Positions 1-13,878 of a DNA stretch of 64,000 nt are shown here, piece by piece. Source of the stretch: the human T2T-CHM13v2.0 reference genome, Homo sapiens. The stretch lies in assembly GCF_009914755.1 (NCBI RefSeq), contig NC_060926.1. The stretch is one strand, 5' to 3'. Position numbers and translations under genes: made by a program. Under the pieces are notes generated by a model. That model had not been told where the DNA came from. It saw only the letters and a list, made by a program, of their open reading frames with translations, and ran no database searches. Numbering within the stretch: the first letter of the stretch is position 1; each line of letters begins with the position of its first letter.

Positions 1-122
1 AAGGCACAGTCCCTGACTTCAAAGGGCTTGCAATAGTAAGTAACAACGCAAGCTGGGAGGTGTAAATGGCCACAGATTCAAAGGTCACTGCCAAAGTCAG
101 ATGCCATCATCCCATTTATTGA

Positions 123-521
<399 letters not shown>

Positions 522-1099
522 TGATTAGGTGATGTCAATTGATGGCTGAGAGAAAAAAGTCTGTGCTAAATAGCCTGGCCTGGGCTCCCTAGAGAGCAGG
601 CTCTTGGGCTATTGGGAGAGCGCAGGGTGGGAACATCGAGGGACACATGGTCCAGAGGTCAGAGAAGCTTGCTGAGCTGAATGAAGGCCCAGCATGGGGA
701 GGAAAGGAGTTTATGGCTCCAAGGAGAAGCCTGTGGCTGTGGATCATGGTGGAGTGTGAGAATTTGTGACCAACAAGAAGCCTGTAAAAAAGGCAAGAAA
801 AATATGAGTGCAAGCAGGGTCTTCTCCATGCATGCTGAGGTAGAGGCTTCTGGCGATCAGTCAGTGCTCAGCAGACAGCAGTCAGCATCTCTGCTGCAGA
901 CGAGATCATCCTCCAACTCATTTTGTAACAGGCTCGCTGCCCAAAGCCTGTTTTCCCAACTTGGTAAAATTGTTCTTCAGAAATTTGAGCAAGAGAAAGT
1001 GCTGCCATGTCCCTGTGGCTGATTAGAGTTGTTTATTAATGACCTCAAGCTGTCTCTGTGGTATATGGACTAAACAGAGCATTTTCAACTTGTCAGGGA

Positions 1100-1490
1100 G
1101 TTGCTTGAACTGGGGTCGCGGGGACAGTGGAGCTAGAGAGACGTGAATAGGTTTGAAGTTATTAACGAGGCAGAAGCAACAGAATTTGGTGAAAGACTAG
1201 AAATGGAACTAAGAGAAAAGAAAGATTCAAAGATAATTTTTAACATGGATTCATATCTTGATGGATACGGAGCAGTGGAGGGAACACACAGTTTTATTTT
1301 GGTGGCTAGTTGGTGATCAGGCAGGGAGAATTATGACTTGAGTCTGGAGCATGTGACATTGGAGGTGTCCCTGAAACTCCAAGGGGAGAAGGTGGAATGG
1401 AGAGTGGCTATTGATGGATTTTGTAGTCCGCAGGAGAGTCTGAGCTGGAGGCACCCCATGGAGAAACTAACCAGGGAATACGCATATGGA
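1100..1490 (-). mobile_element. L2-like LINE fragment
   Basis: Purine-rich degenerate sequence resembling antisense L2. Confidence 0.45.
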
Positions 1491-1920
1491 AATCTACACA
1501 TGGGTGTGAATGTCAGCACTCTGGGAGGCAGGACGGAGTGAGAAGGGAAGGGAGTGTTGCTTCAAGCCTTATCATAGACAATTGTGAGCGGAAACAAAAC
1601 AGAAAAAAGAGTCATTTACTATAAAGATCCCTTCAGAAATATAGTTGGCAAGTGAGCATTTTTGCAAAAATGACATGTTTTATTTGGATGCTCTTATTTA
1701 CTCTTTTGCATCTCGGGAATTTCCATGAAAGCAGGGTGATTTCCTGGAGAGAAGCCATGGCAGAGAGATGGAAAAGCAGCTGGCAGCCACCTTGGGTTCC
1801 GGCTTAACCCGAAGTCTCAAGGATTCAAGTGGTTTCTGAGTAAATGAAGATCCTCTCCTACATGTTAGCATCTCTTGGCTTGCTTTTAATCTGGTTTTAA
1901 CAGAGACAAGTGAAAATTAG

Positions 1921-2110
1921 CAAATGTTTTGGGTCAAATATAGTCCATAAGGATGTAAACAAGGAATAGTCCTAGATAACCTTATCATGGAAACTGCAGT
2001 AGCAACAACAAGGAAGTGACCACTGGTCATGTGTCCTGGGTCACTCCCTCTTCCTTTCCCCAAGATGGTACATAAGGGTGTCCCCCAGCAGAAGGAGGCA
2101 TCAGACCTCC
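1921..2110 (+). promoter_or_regulatory. SCYGR proximal promoter
   Basis: TACATAA TATA-like box 2069-2075, ETS-type AGGAAGT 2011-2017, GTCATGTG 2026-2033, FOX-type TGTAAACA 1954-1961; the block aligns with the second gene's promoter at ~51108-51216. Confidence 0.7.
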
Positions 2111-2163
2111 TCACCTCTCCTGAGTCCTCTCTGCTCACTTCACCTGAGTCCTCTACTGACACC

Positions 2164-2481
2164 ATGGGTTGCTGTGGTTGTGGAAGTTGCGGTGGCTGTG
2201 GTGGCCGCTGCGGTGGTGGCTGTGGTGGTGGCTGCAGTGGTGGCTGCGGTGGTGGCTGCGGTGGTGGCTGTGGTGGTGGCTGTGGCAGCTGCACCACCTG
2301 CAGGTGCTACCGGGTGGGCTGCTGCTCCAGCTGCTGCCCCTGCTGCCGCGGCTGCTGTGGAGGCTGCTGCAGCACTCCCGTGATCTGCTGCTGCCGCCGC
2401 ACCTGCGGCTCGTGTGGCTGTGGCTATGGGAAGGGCTGTTGCCAACAGAAATGCTGCTGCCAGAAGCAATGCTGCTGCTAG
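2164..2481 (+). CDS. SCYGR4: Small cysteine- and glycine-repeat protein (KRTAP28-type), 105 aa, single coding exon
   Basis: ACCATGG Kozak context; MGCCGCGSCGGC(GGGC)n..CTTCRCYRVGCCSSCCPCCRGCC..QKQCCC*; TATA-like box upstream, AATAAA downstream. Member number assigned from recalled length and position next to C2orf83. Confidence 0.88.
   Translation: MGCCGCGSCGGCGGRCGGGCGGGCSGGCGGGCGGGCGGGCGSCTTCRCYRVGCCSSCCPCCRGCCGGCCSTPVICCCRRTCGSCGCGYGKGCCQQKCCCQKQCCC
2188..2286 (+). repeat. In-frame ~12-bp coding tandem repeat (TGYGGTGGTGGC = CGGG)
   Basis: Seen directly; it accounts for the 20-aa length difference from the second gene. Confidence 0.9.
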
Positions 2482-2876
2482 GCGGGCCCCCGGCCTCTGG
2501 GCAGGGGCTGCAGGTATCTGCCCTGTAGGTAAGACTCCCATCCTTCCCATCCTGTCTGGTCTCCCCCTCCTCTGTGGTCTTGAACTCTGTTGCTGTTTTT
2601 CTTTGGTGTTTCATGTCTTTCCGTCTGAAAAGCTTCCAAACTAATAGGAACGATCTCATGGAAAAATATGAGAACAGCACAGCAGCTGTGAAACTGTCCA
2701 GGTCACTGACCTCAGGGAAATGAAATCACAACTCCTCGTGTTTGGTCTGATGGACATGCTCATGGCTATGCAGCTCCGTCTTAGTTCCACTTTTCCCATC
2801 GGCATGCGATGCTTCTTTTGTTTCTTTGCTTTTGTGTTCTTAGTTATCACATAACATTGTCCAAATTTCCTAACAA

Positions 2877-2882
2877 AATAAA
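2877..2882 (+). terminator. Poly(A) signal of the first SCYGR gene
   Basis: AATAAA ~400 nt after the stop, followed by a T-rich tract. Confidence 0.6.
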
Positions 2883-3015
2883 CTAAGTGCCCATAAAAAC
2901 TTCTCTTTTTGCCTTTCTTCCACTTGATCACACTGAATTCTGGTTTGTCTGTTCAGAAACTGGAGAGATGTTTTATCTTTTTTATCTTGGAACAAAGCCT
3001 TTGAAACACTTGTGC

Positions 3016-3343
<328 letters not shown>

Positions 3344-3504
3344 AGGAAAAAGATGAAAAACACTTGCTATGGCAGCAATGCAGCAAAGGATCATGTAAGA
3401 AGCTGTGGCTGGGCCTCTGGGGACCAGCCTTGCTCAGTGACACATTATGTTGCCTCAGAACAAGCCTGCAGTGTGTCTTCCTCCCTGGAGATCCAGGGTC
3501 CCTG

Positions 3505-3807
<303 letters not shown>

Positions 3808-3918
3808 TGGGGCCCCTGTTTTATTGATGTAAGACGACACAGCCCTTCAGTGATAGACCCACATGCCAAGCTCAGGTGTTGCAATCAAGAACAAATATGG
3901 AATTTAATGGTGGGGTAA

Positions 3919-4237
<319 letters not shown>

Positions 4238-4952
4238 TTGAAACATTTTAAAACCAAATACATTCGATTGTGGAAAAATTCTCCCAGTGACACCGTCTTC
4301 TTTACTACCTTTAGTAAAAGCAAGAAATGAAATCAGGGCCTAATAAAAGAAAGCCGGTGGGAAGGGGGTTTTCAAACTTCTTTGAAGGAGGAAGTCTTTT
4401 TTTCAGTGCTTCAATTTAACGAAGAGCATGTTGCTCTTTCCTTTCCCTTCCTTTTTTCTTGTTGATTATTTTCTCTAGCTTCCACACTTTTTCTGACTGT
4501 TGAGATTCTATGGTTCTGTTTGCTGAAGAGACTTCAGGCTAAGGAGATTTGGGATCAAGATGGTTTCATGTGTTCACACATTGATGCGGCCTCTGCTCAA
4601 AACAGGAAAAAGAAAGTTTGTTTTTGTGTTATATACACAGGATAGATATGTGTATATAACATATAAAAATAAAATAACAACATAGCTGAACTCAAAAACA
4701 AGACATCTATCTCTGTGGATCACAGACTGAAAATATAAAATGCAGGGCTGGAGCTGTGGGCTTGCTGGGTTCTGGGTCACAGGCATGACGTGCGTAGGAT
4801 ACAAGAGAGGCCAAATACCTCATGAGAGTGGGGGATCAGAGCCAGTCTCACTTTTGAAGATAGGTGTCAGAGTGGGGCCACCTTCGTCTTGGAATAAACC
4901 TGCTGTCCTTGCTGCCCCAGGCTGTGGATTCTGAACTGCTAACCCCTTATAC

Positions 4953-5460
4953 CAGGTGTCCCCAAACACCAGGCCACGGACCAGGACTCACAGCAGGAGG
5001 TGAGCAGTGGGCAAGTGAGCGAAGCTTCATCTGTATTTACACCTCTCCCCATCGTTCACATTACCATCACATTACCACCCAAGCTCCGCCTCCTGTCAGA
5101 TCAGCAGCCACAGCATTAGCTTCTCATAGGAGCACAAACCCTATTGTGAACTCCGCATGTGAGGGATCTAGGTTGTACATACCTTATGAGAATCCAATGC
5201 CTGTTGATCGGTCACTGTCTCTCATCACCCCCAGATGGGACCATCTATTTGCAGGAAAACAAGCTCAGGGCTCCCACTGATTCTACATTATGGTGAGTTG
5301 TACAATTATTTCATGATATATTACATTGTAATAATAATAGAAATAAAATGCACAATAAGGGTAATGTGCTTGAATCATCCTGAAACCATCTCCCCACTTC
5401 CCATGGAAAAACTGTCTTCCACAAAACCAGTCCCTGATGCCAAAAAGTTGGGGACCACTG
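4953..5460 (+). mobile_element. MER1A (hAT-Charlie) DNA transposon
   Basis: Termini cagg.gtcccc/ggggaccactg; characteristic gagggatctaggttg core; degenerate 8-bp TSD ccttatac/ccttagag. Confidence 0.88.
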
Positions 5461-5466
5461 CCTTAG

Positions 5467-5841
<375 letters not shown>

Positions 5842-5999
5842 TGAGAATAATCTATTATTATCCCCATTAGCACTACGGGATGGGGCCTGGGGATGGGACA
5901 GGAAAAGACAACTGCAAAACTGCTAGACAGGTAGAGGCAAGTGGTGCTGGGTCAGGGTGTGTGTGTGATTGGGATGAGGAGAGAAAGTGAGAGCAATGG

Positions 6000-7200
6000 A
6001 AACAAAAACACCTTGCACTGAAAATTATGACACTGACGGACTTCATCTGCCTCACATGGCTTCCTGAGCCCGGCTTCTTGATCATGATGAATCTCAGGCT
6101 TCTGATGCCCCTTGCTGCCTGCCTATAAGTAATCAACCTGCTTCATGTCATTCATTGTGTGTGTGGGTGTGAGCCTCCCTGGACTCAGAAAAATTGGTAA
6201 TCAGTGCACAGTGAATTTGCTCCCCAAAACTGACACAGCAGGCGGGGTCCAGTCTGACAGAATCATGGCTTATTGGTGAAGCAGGGGGCAAAACCCCCTA
6301 GTACCTGGTTGAAGGTGGAGACGTCAGCCTGGGGGCACAAGAGCTAGATGGTACTGCTGGACATGTTATGGGTCAGGAGGGGTTATATGTGGGACTCCTG
6401 GATGTGAGTGAGCTGGACATGGACTGAGGCTGCCAGGAAGGCACGTGGAAACGAGATTGTGGCGCATGGCCCTGAATGTTGGGCACTGATGTGATCCTTC
6501 ATTCCTGGGGCTGCAGAGCTCAGGAAGAGAATGCTCAGATGGACCCTGAGGCACCTGAGAAGGATGTGGTCCTGAGGCATCTGAGCAGGAACCAACCATG
6601 CAATGCAGGCTGCCACAGAAGAGGAGACTCTCTAGCTAAAGGACAGGTATGGAGATGGTTCAGAGATGGCTTATGCAGCCTGGTTGATGTGTTTGTTTGA
6701 TAAAAGGACATTGCAGACCCAATGTCTCAGGCTAAATGGTGTGGTTAGATTGAGGCCAAGGTCTCTGGGTCTCCACTGGAGGTCAACGGCGCTATACTCC
6801 AGTCCATACAGAAAGGGAAAGAAGGGGAATTCAGACTTTTCTGGGGTTCTTGGATATTGGAATCCATATGGCAATATTTCCAGGTCCCCTTAGGGGAAAA
6901 ATTAGCCTGGTGACATTGGGATGTTTGAGGACAAACATGGTGACCTGTGGTGCTTATCTGCTTCCAGGTGGGGCCCTCAGGCCATTCTGGGTGCTGGTGA
7001 CCATGGTTCCTACCACTTCATGTATTACAAGCACTAACATAGGCTGCTTGTGGCACAGACCATCACTGTGGCCTGAGGGGGTACAGCCCCCTACAGCTAA
7101 GAATTTGAGCTGTAATAGTGGAACATATCCACTGCTGCTGGCTACCTGAGCTCCCAAGCCTGATGGGTTATTCAACAAATTAGTGCTACAAACTAAGTGA
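6000..7200. mobile_element. Possible ancient LTR/ERV-derived sequence
   Basis: LTR-end-like stretch ~6130-6226 (..ggactcag..ttggtaatcagtgcacagtga..); family not securely recognised. Confidence 0.3.
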
Positions 7201-7229
7201 AAGAAAGTACATTACTTGTTTAAATCTAC

Positions 7230-7560
7230 ATCAGGCAGGGTTCAACCTGAGATGCAGAACAAATAGGAGATATAAATTAAGAAACTAATTTAAAAAAGTT
7301 GGCTCCCATGGTGATGGAGGCTGGTAAGGCAGTCCAAAATTCACAGGACAGGCCATCAGAATGGGTGGGCTAGGACTCACAGGCACAGGCTGAAGCCCCT
7401 GAACACAGACCAAATCTCCCTTTTCAGAGGAACTTCAGCACTGCTGGTAAGGCCTTTCCCCTGATTGAATCAGGTCTACCCAGATTATTGAATCAGGTCC
7501 TCTAGGACTGTATTTAAAATCAACTGATTATGGACTTTAATCACATCTGTAAAACACTAG
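7230..7560 (-). mobile_element. MLT2-type ERVL LTR
   Basis: cagggttc..gcagaac.aataggagatata and aatcaactgattatggactttaatcacatct motifs. Confidence 0.7.
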
Positions 7561-7994
7561 CATGACCGAGGTTAGTGCTCTTAGATGGTCCCACTCTTTT
7601 GGTTTCCATGTTGTTTTGGGGGTGGACTTGAATGTGTTGAAACTGTATTTTGGGTTTCATTTGCTCACTGAGGTCATGTAGATGGTTTGTTTCAATCTGT
7701 TCCATTAAATAATTTGATTGTGCCCAGTTCACTGGCTGATGGGTGTGGTTTCAATGGGGCTCATGATGGCCCAGTCTTTCATGGCACCCAGTTTCATCAA
7801 TTATCAATTCATGGCCAATCTAGTTTCATCAATGACCCAACCATTTACCCTTTCCCCCCATGGGTTAATTTGAATCCTGTATCATATAATTTAATAATAT
7901 TTATTAATTTAATATTTAATATTTAATAAACATTTCAGTTTGTATTTTTAAAAATAAGGACCCAGAATGTAGAAATAAAGATTCAGAAAGACTG

Positions 7995-9290
7995 TATTAC
8001 AAGGTAAGAAGAGATGCAAATTTAAATATGATCATCATGGCAGGCCTCATTGAAAAGGAGACATTTGAACAAAGACTTAAAGGAAGTGAGTCACAGAGCA
8101 ATATCTGGGTGAAAGAGCATTCCAGGGAAAGGAAGCTAAAGTCCAAAGATGGTTTCTGAAATATTTAAAGACTCTCAAGGAGCCCAGTGTAGCTGAACTG
8201 AGTGAGAGGAAGAATAGTAGAAAATGAGACCAGACAGGTAAAGGAGAGGGCAGGAATATCAGGTGGGGTTTGCAGGTTATCCTCAGGCCTGTGGTTTTTT
8301 TACTGTGTATGAACTGAAAAGCCATTGGAGAGTTCAGAGCAGAAAAGTGACATGATCTCATGTATATTGTATGAAGAGCTCTGACTGCTATTTTGAGGCT
8401 AGGTTGAGGAGGGCAAAGGATTAAAGCAGAGATGAGTTAGAAGGTCTTGCAATAATCCATGTAGAAGAGATAGTGACAACTCAGAACAGAGTGGTAGCCA
8501 TGGAGGTGATGAGAAGCAACTATCTCCTAGAATTACTTTGAAAATAAAGAATACTTTTTGACACATTATATCTGAGATGAGAGAGAACAGGAGGAGTCAA
8601 GGAGTCAAGTGAACAGGAGGACTTCAAGATTTTGGGCCTAAGCAACTTGAAAGATGGGGAAAAACTGTAGATAGCACCGTTTTGAGCAAGATGACGATTC
8701 CATCTGGAGCATGCTGAATTGCAGGTGTCTACTAGACATCCCAATGGAAATGCTGAGTAGTAGGCAGCTGGACACAGTGGTCTGAAGTTCAGGGGGAGAA
8801 GTCAAGGTCTGAGCTATCATTTTTTTGGTGTCATCGGTATACAAATATAGAGATTGCATGAAACCATCAAAGACTATATAGAGAAAAGAATTTGTAAGCA
8901 CTTAACCTTAGGAGCTCCAGGGTTAAAAGCCTCTGAAAAAAGAGGAGAGGCCAGCAAAGGAGACGGAAAGGAGCATCTAGTGAAGAAAGAGTAAAATTAA
9001 AAATGCATGGTGCCCTGGAAGCGAGTATGGAACTGTTTCAAGGAGGAGAGAGTGATAATGGTGACAATGCTACCAAAGGATGAAGTGAGATGCGTGAAGT
9101 GAGGTGAGCACTGATGAACGACTGCTGGATCGACATCGGTGATCTGGACAGGAATGGTTTTGGCGAAGTATTGAAGATGAAAGATGGATATCAATGGGTT
9201 TAAGAAAAAGTGTGAAGAGAGGAATTAGAGCGACAGGAAGTAGACAACACTTCCATAAATTTTTGCCTTAAAGGGAAGCAAAGAAATGAC
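7995..9290 (-). mobile_element. L2 LINE fragment
   Basis: Long purine-rich match to antisense L2a (gaaagagcattccagg, gccattggagagttc, agacatcccaatggaaatg). Confidence 0.8.
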
Positions 9291-9406
9291 TTAATTTCAC
9301 AAATATAATGTTAAGCAAAACAATCTATGTAAGAATGCCCAACTATATTCATATAAAATATTTTTATGTATGTGTATGGGTATAAACACATATACATATA
9401 CACACA

Positions 9407-9580
9407 TTTTAGAGACAGGGTCTTGCTCTGTTGCCCAGGCTGCGTGAACCCTATAGTGAATTGTGCGTGTGAGGGATCTAGGTTGCACACTCCTTATGAC
9501 AACCATAGCTCATTGCAGCCTTGAACTCCTAGGCTCAAGTGATCCTCCTGTCTCAGCTTCCCAACTAGCTAGGACTATAG
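9407..9580 (-). mobile_element. AluJ right arm interrupted by a 60-bp MER1 fragment
   Basis: Alu sequence resumes after 9443-9502. Confidence 0.85.
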
Positions 9581-9786
9581 TGGTGGTGATGAAGTGGTCT
9601 TCCCTAGGTACAGGCAGTAAGGAGGAGAATTACCTGTAGAGAATTTAAGAGCAATAGTAAAACTGATGAAGGGCCTGTCTGCATTTTATTGTTGCCATGT
9701 ACCAGCAATTCTAAATAATGATGGTGATAAAGTATGCTCCCCACCAGGTGGGCTGCTACCCCTCCCGGCTTGGCATGCCACCCTGG
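9581..9786. mobile_element. MER97-like hAT fragment
   Basis: ctgtagagaatttaa..caatt ctaaa..gtgataaa motifs as recalled from consensus. Confidence 0.45.
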
Positions 9787-11005
9787 CAGTGTCTAATTAA
9801 TAACTTTTACCTTCTCTAGAACAGTACAAAAATCTTTGGTTTTGAACATTCTTCTAATTTCTAATTTATTATTGTCCAGGATGTTAGTCTTATGTTTTTC
9901 AAAACTCTTCAAGATATAAAACGTTACTACTGTTTGACATGGCCAGTGTTGAGATTTACTCACGTGTTTTCTGTTTCACACTCCCTCTTGCATCATATGC
10001 CTTCCTTTTGGGGTAATTTTCCTTCTTTCTTGAATGCATCCTTTAGAAATTGCTTTTGGAAGGGTCTGTTACACTCTTACAAAGCGAGTGTGCCTCACTC
10101 ACTCCATTTCTCTTTGTCTGAAAATGTCTTTATTTTATTCTCATTTTTTGAAATGTTTTTCTCTTTGTATACAACCCTAAGCTGGCAATTATTTTCCCCA
10201 GCACTTTAAAGGCATTATTCCACGATCTTTCTGGCTTCCCTTGTGTGCCATTGAGAAGTCATTTGTCAATCTAATTATCATTTTTCTGTAGGTGATGCTC
10301 TTTTTATTTTTCTGACTGTTTATAAGATTTCTTTTTCTTTGGTATTCTGCAGTTTCACTACGGTGTGTTTAGATTTGAATTTCTTTTCATTTACTCTTTT
10401 GGAGAGCTGTTAGGCTTCCTAAATCTAATTCATGCCTTTCATCTCATCTGCAAAATTCTCCATGGATATTTCTTTGTCTGTCTCTCACTTCTATCTTATT
10501 ATCTCCCCAAGGAACGTCAAATAGACATTCGTGAAACTTTCTCACTCTAACCTCCATGTGTGTTAATTTTTTCCACTTTCATCTCTGTGCTATATTCTAA
10601 ATGAGTTCTTACAGTTTAATATTTTCTTCTTTATTGCTCTTAACTTCTACATAGCTCTTAACTTGTTTATTAAGCTTCTATTCTTGACTACAGTAATGCA
10701 TCCTTAATAACAGGGATATTTCTTGAGAAATGCATTGCCAGGTGATTTTGTCATTGTGCAAACATCATATGGTATACTTATACAAACCTAGATGGCATAG
10801 CATACTACATACTTAGGCTAAATGGCATAGCCTATTGTTCCTAGGCTGTAAACTTGTACAGCATGTTACTGTACTGAATGCTGTAGACAATTGTAACACA
10901 ATGGTAAGCATTTGTGTATCTAAACGTATTTACACATAGAAAAGATACAGTAAAAATACACATAAGAGATAAAACATGGTACACCCATATAGGGCACTTA
11001 CATGA

Positions 11006-11319
<314 letters not shown>

Positions 11320-11531
11320 ATTTATTATAATTATCAAGTATTATATACTGTACGTAATTGCATGTGCTAGACTTTTATAAGACTGGCAGTGCAGTAGGTT
11401 TGTTTACACCGGCATCACCACAAACTCATGAGTAATGCTTTGTGATACAACATCACGATGGCTATGATGTCACTGGGTGGTAGGGATTTTTCAGTTCCAC
11501 TACAATCTTATGGGACCACTGTCCTATATGC

Positions 11532-12030
11532 CAGGGGTTCTCAACCTCCAGTCCAAGGGCCTGTACCAGGGTCCATGGCCTGTTAGGAACCAAGCCACCA
11601 CCAGGAGGTGAGTGGCAGGTGTGCAAGAGAAGCTTCATCTGTATTTACAGCCACTCCCCATTGCTCACATTACTGCCTGAGCTCTGCTTCCTGTCAGATT
11701 AGTGATGGCATGAAATTCTCATAGGAGCGGGAACCCTATTGTGAACTGTGCATGCGAGGGATCTAGGTTGTGCACTCCTTATGAGAATCTAATGCCTTAT
11801 GATCTGTCACTGTCTCCCAGGAAAACAAACTCAGGGCTCCCACCGATTCTACATTATGGTGAGTTGTATAATTACTTCATTATATATTACAATGCAATAA
11901 TAATAGAAATAAAATGTACAAAAATATAATGCACTTGAAACCATCCTGAAACCATCCCCCTGCCCTGGTTTGTGGAAAAATTGTCTTCCACAAAACCAGT
12001 CCCTGGTGTCAAAAAGGGTGGGGACTGCTG
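11532..12030 (+). mobile_element. MER1A inside Tigger3
   Basis: cagggg..ggggactgctg termini; similar to 4953-5460. Confidence 0.88.
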
Positions 12031-13032
12031 ATACACATGGTCCATCATTAACCGAAACATAGTTATGCTTCCCATGACTGTAGTTCTATTTTTTCCCCAA
12101 ATTCATGATTATTTTGTTCTATTCTTATGATGTTCTATTTATGTACCTTGTTCTATTCTTATGATGTTATTTTCCTCCATGTGTAAACATATTAAACATT
12201 TTATTTTATATTCTAATACTGATAATTCTTCTACGTCAAATCTTTGTTAGTCTGATTTCGCTATTTATTACTTCAGTTGGCTTGTTCATGAAACTTTATA
12301 TCCTTGTTTGATTCTGAATTTTTAAAAATCATAATCTCCTATTCGATGGAATTTTATTTGTGGCAATATTTTGATTCCTGTATTGAGGTACATTCTTTCA
12401 GAAACCATTTGCCTTTGTTACATATAGGTGCCTGGAGACACTGCCAATCAGGACCACTTTAAACTAAATTTTCAGCTTGAAAAAAAAAGTTTAGCCTATA
12501 GGAATAGGACTCCAGAATTACGTAAGTGCTGGTTTATAAAGGCAAATGCTGAGGGTATATTCTCCAGACTCCACCCAGATTAGTCTTCTTCATTAGGGAT
12601 TTTCCCCCTGTCATTTTGTATTTTGTTCTGATTCACCATTCACTGAGGATGTGGCCCTTTGGGGTTGTCACTAAAACCAAAACTCTAGGTTCTGGGGGAA
12701 CCAGCAGATGCCTTGAGCACACCGCAGAGTCAATGCTTCCTTAGCTATCTGGCTTCCTGTTCTTGCTTTGGCATCTGAGGATTTTTCTTACTTTCTTACC
12801 AGTTTAGCCGTTTATTTTTTTTTAATTAAATTTATATCCACGAAATCCAAGGGTTTTGTGGTGTAAAGATTTTTCTGATATCCAGTCTGTTGTTGCCTAA
12901 TGAAAGTAAGCCTTTCTTACTTTAATATTTTTTAAAAAGTCTGTTGCCTTTAATAAATAAGCTTTTCTTAATAAAAAAATTTAAAAACATTTACTGAAAT
13001 TTGTTTAAATTTCAAACAACCCTAAAGTCCCC

Positions 13033-13434
13033 ATCTTAGTCCATTTTCTGTTGACTGAGAATACCTGAGACTAAAACATTTGTTTAAAAAAGAAGCTTAT
13101 TTAGCTCACAGTTCTGGAAGCTGGGAGGTCCAAGATCAGGTGGCAGCATCTGGCTGGCTTTTGGCGAGGGCTTTGCTTTGTGCTGTCATAACATGGTGGA
13201 GAAGGAAGGGGAAGCGCATGTTTAGAGACCAAACATGAGAGGCAGCCTTGCTTATAACAATTCACTCGAGTGGTAACTAATCCATTCCCAAGCAGGCAAG
13301 AGCTTACTTTCAGGAGAAAGGCATCGATCCCTCTTGAATGACCTAATCACCTCTTAAAGACACCAATTCTCAACACTGCCACATTAGGGACCAAGCCTCA
13401 GCACGAGATTTGGTGTCGTATTCCAGCCATGGCA
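13033..13434 (-). mobile_element. MaLR LTR (MST/MLT1A-type)
   Basis: ctcacagttctggaagctgggaggtccaagatc; gacctaatcacctcttaaag. Confidence 0.8.
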
Positions 13435-13608
13435 CCCCTTTCTCCTTTAAGCTCAACCCCTCAATCCCATTCCTCCTAAGGTAATTGCATGGAGACCATC
13501 TCCATTAGGATAGAAAAGTAAGAAAACAAGGCAACGTCTAAATGATCAGGACCCAAACTCACTCAAAATCCTTTTAAGGAGTTTATTTTGTTTGATAATG
13601 AAAATGTG

Positions 13609-13878
13609 GGCCACGTACGATGGCTCATGCCTATAATTGGAGCACTTTGGGAGGCCGAGGTGGGTGTATCACCTGAGGTCAGGAGTTCGAGACCAGCCTG
13701 GCCAACATGGCGAAACCCTGCCTCTACTAAAAATACAAAAATTAGCCGGGTGTGGTTGCATGTGCCTGTAATCCCAGCTACTCGGGAGGTGGAGGTGGCA
13801 GTGAGCCGAGATTGCACTCCAGCCTAGGCGACAAAGCAAGACTGTTTCAAAAAAGAAAAGAAAAGAAAAGAAAGAAAA
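13609..13878 (+). mobile_element. AluS-like with right-arm microdeletions
   Basis: ctcgggag|gtggagg and gagat|tgcactcc junctions. Confidence 0.93.

Noticed and set aside
2029-2163. 45-aa N-terminal extension of the first SCYGR ORF (150-aa version)
   Set aside because: Its ATGs lie upstream of the TATA-like box, the frame is not preserved in the paralogue, and ATG 2164 has a strong Kozak context.
1917-2680. Overlapping Pro/Gln-, Ala/Thr-, His/Ser- and Trp/Leu-rich ORFs in other frames (also 51409-51871)
   Set aside because: Shadows of the stop-poor TGC/GGC repeat of the real CDS.
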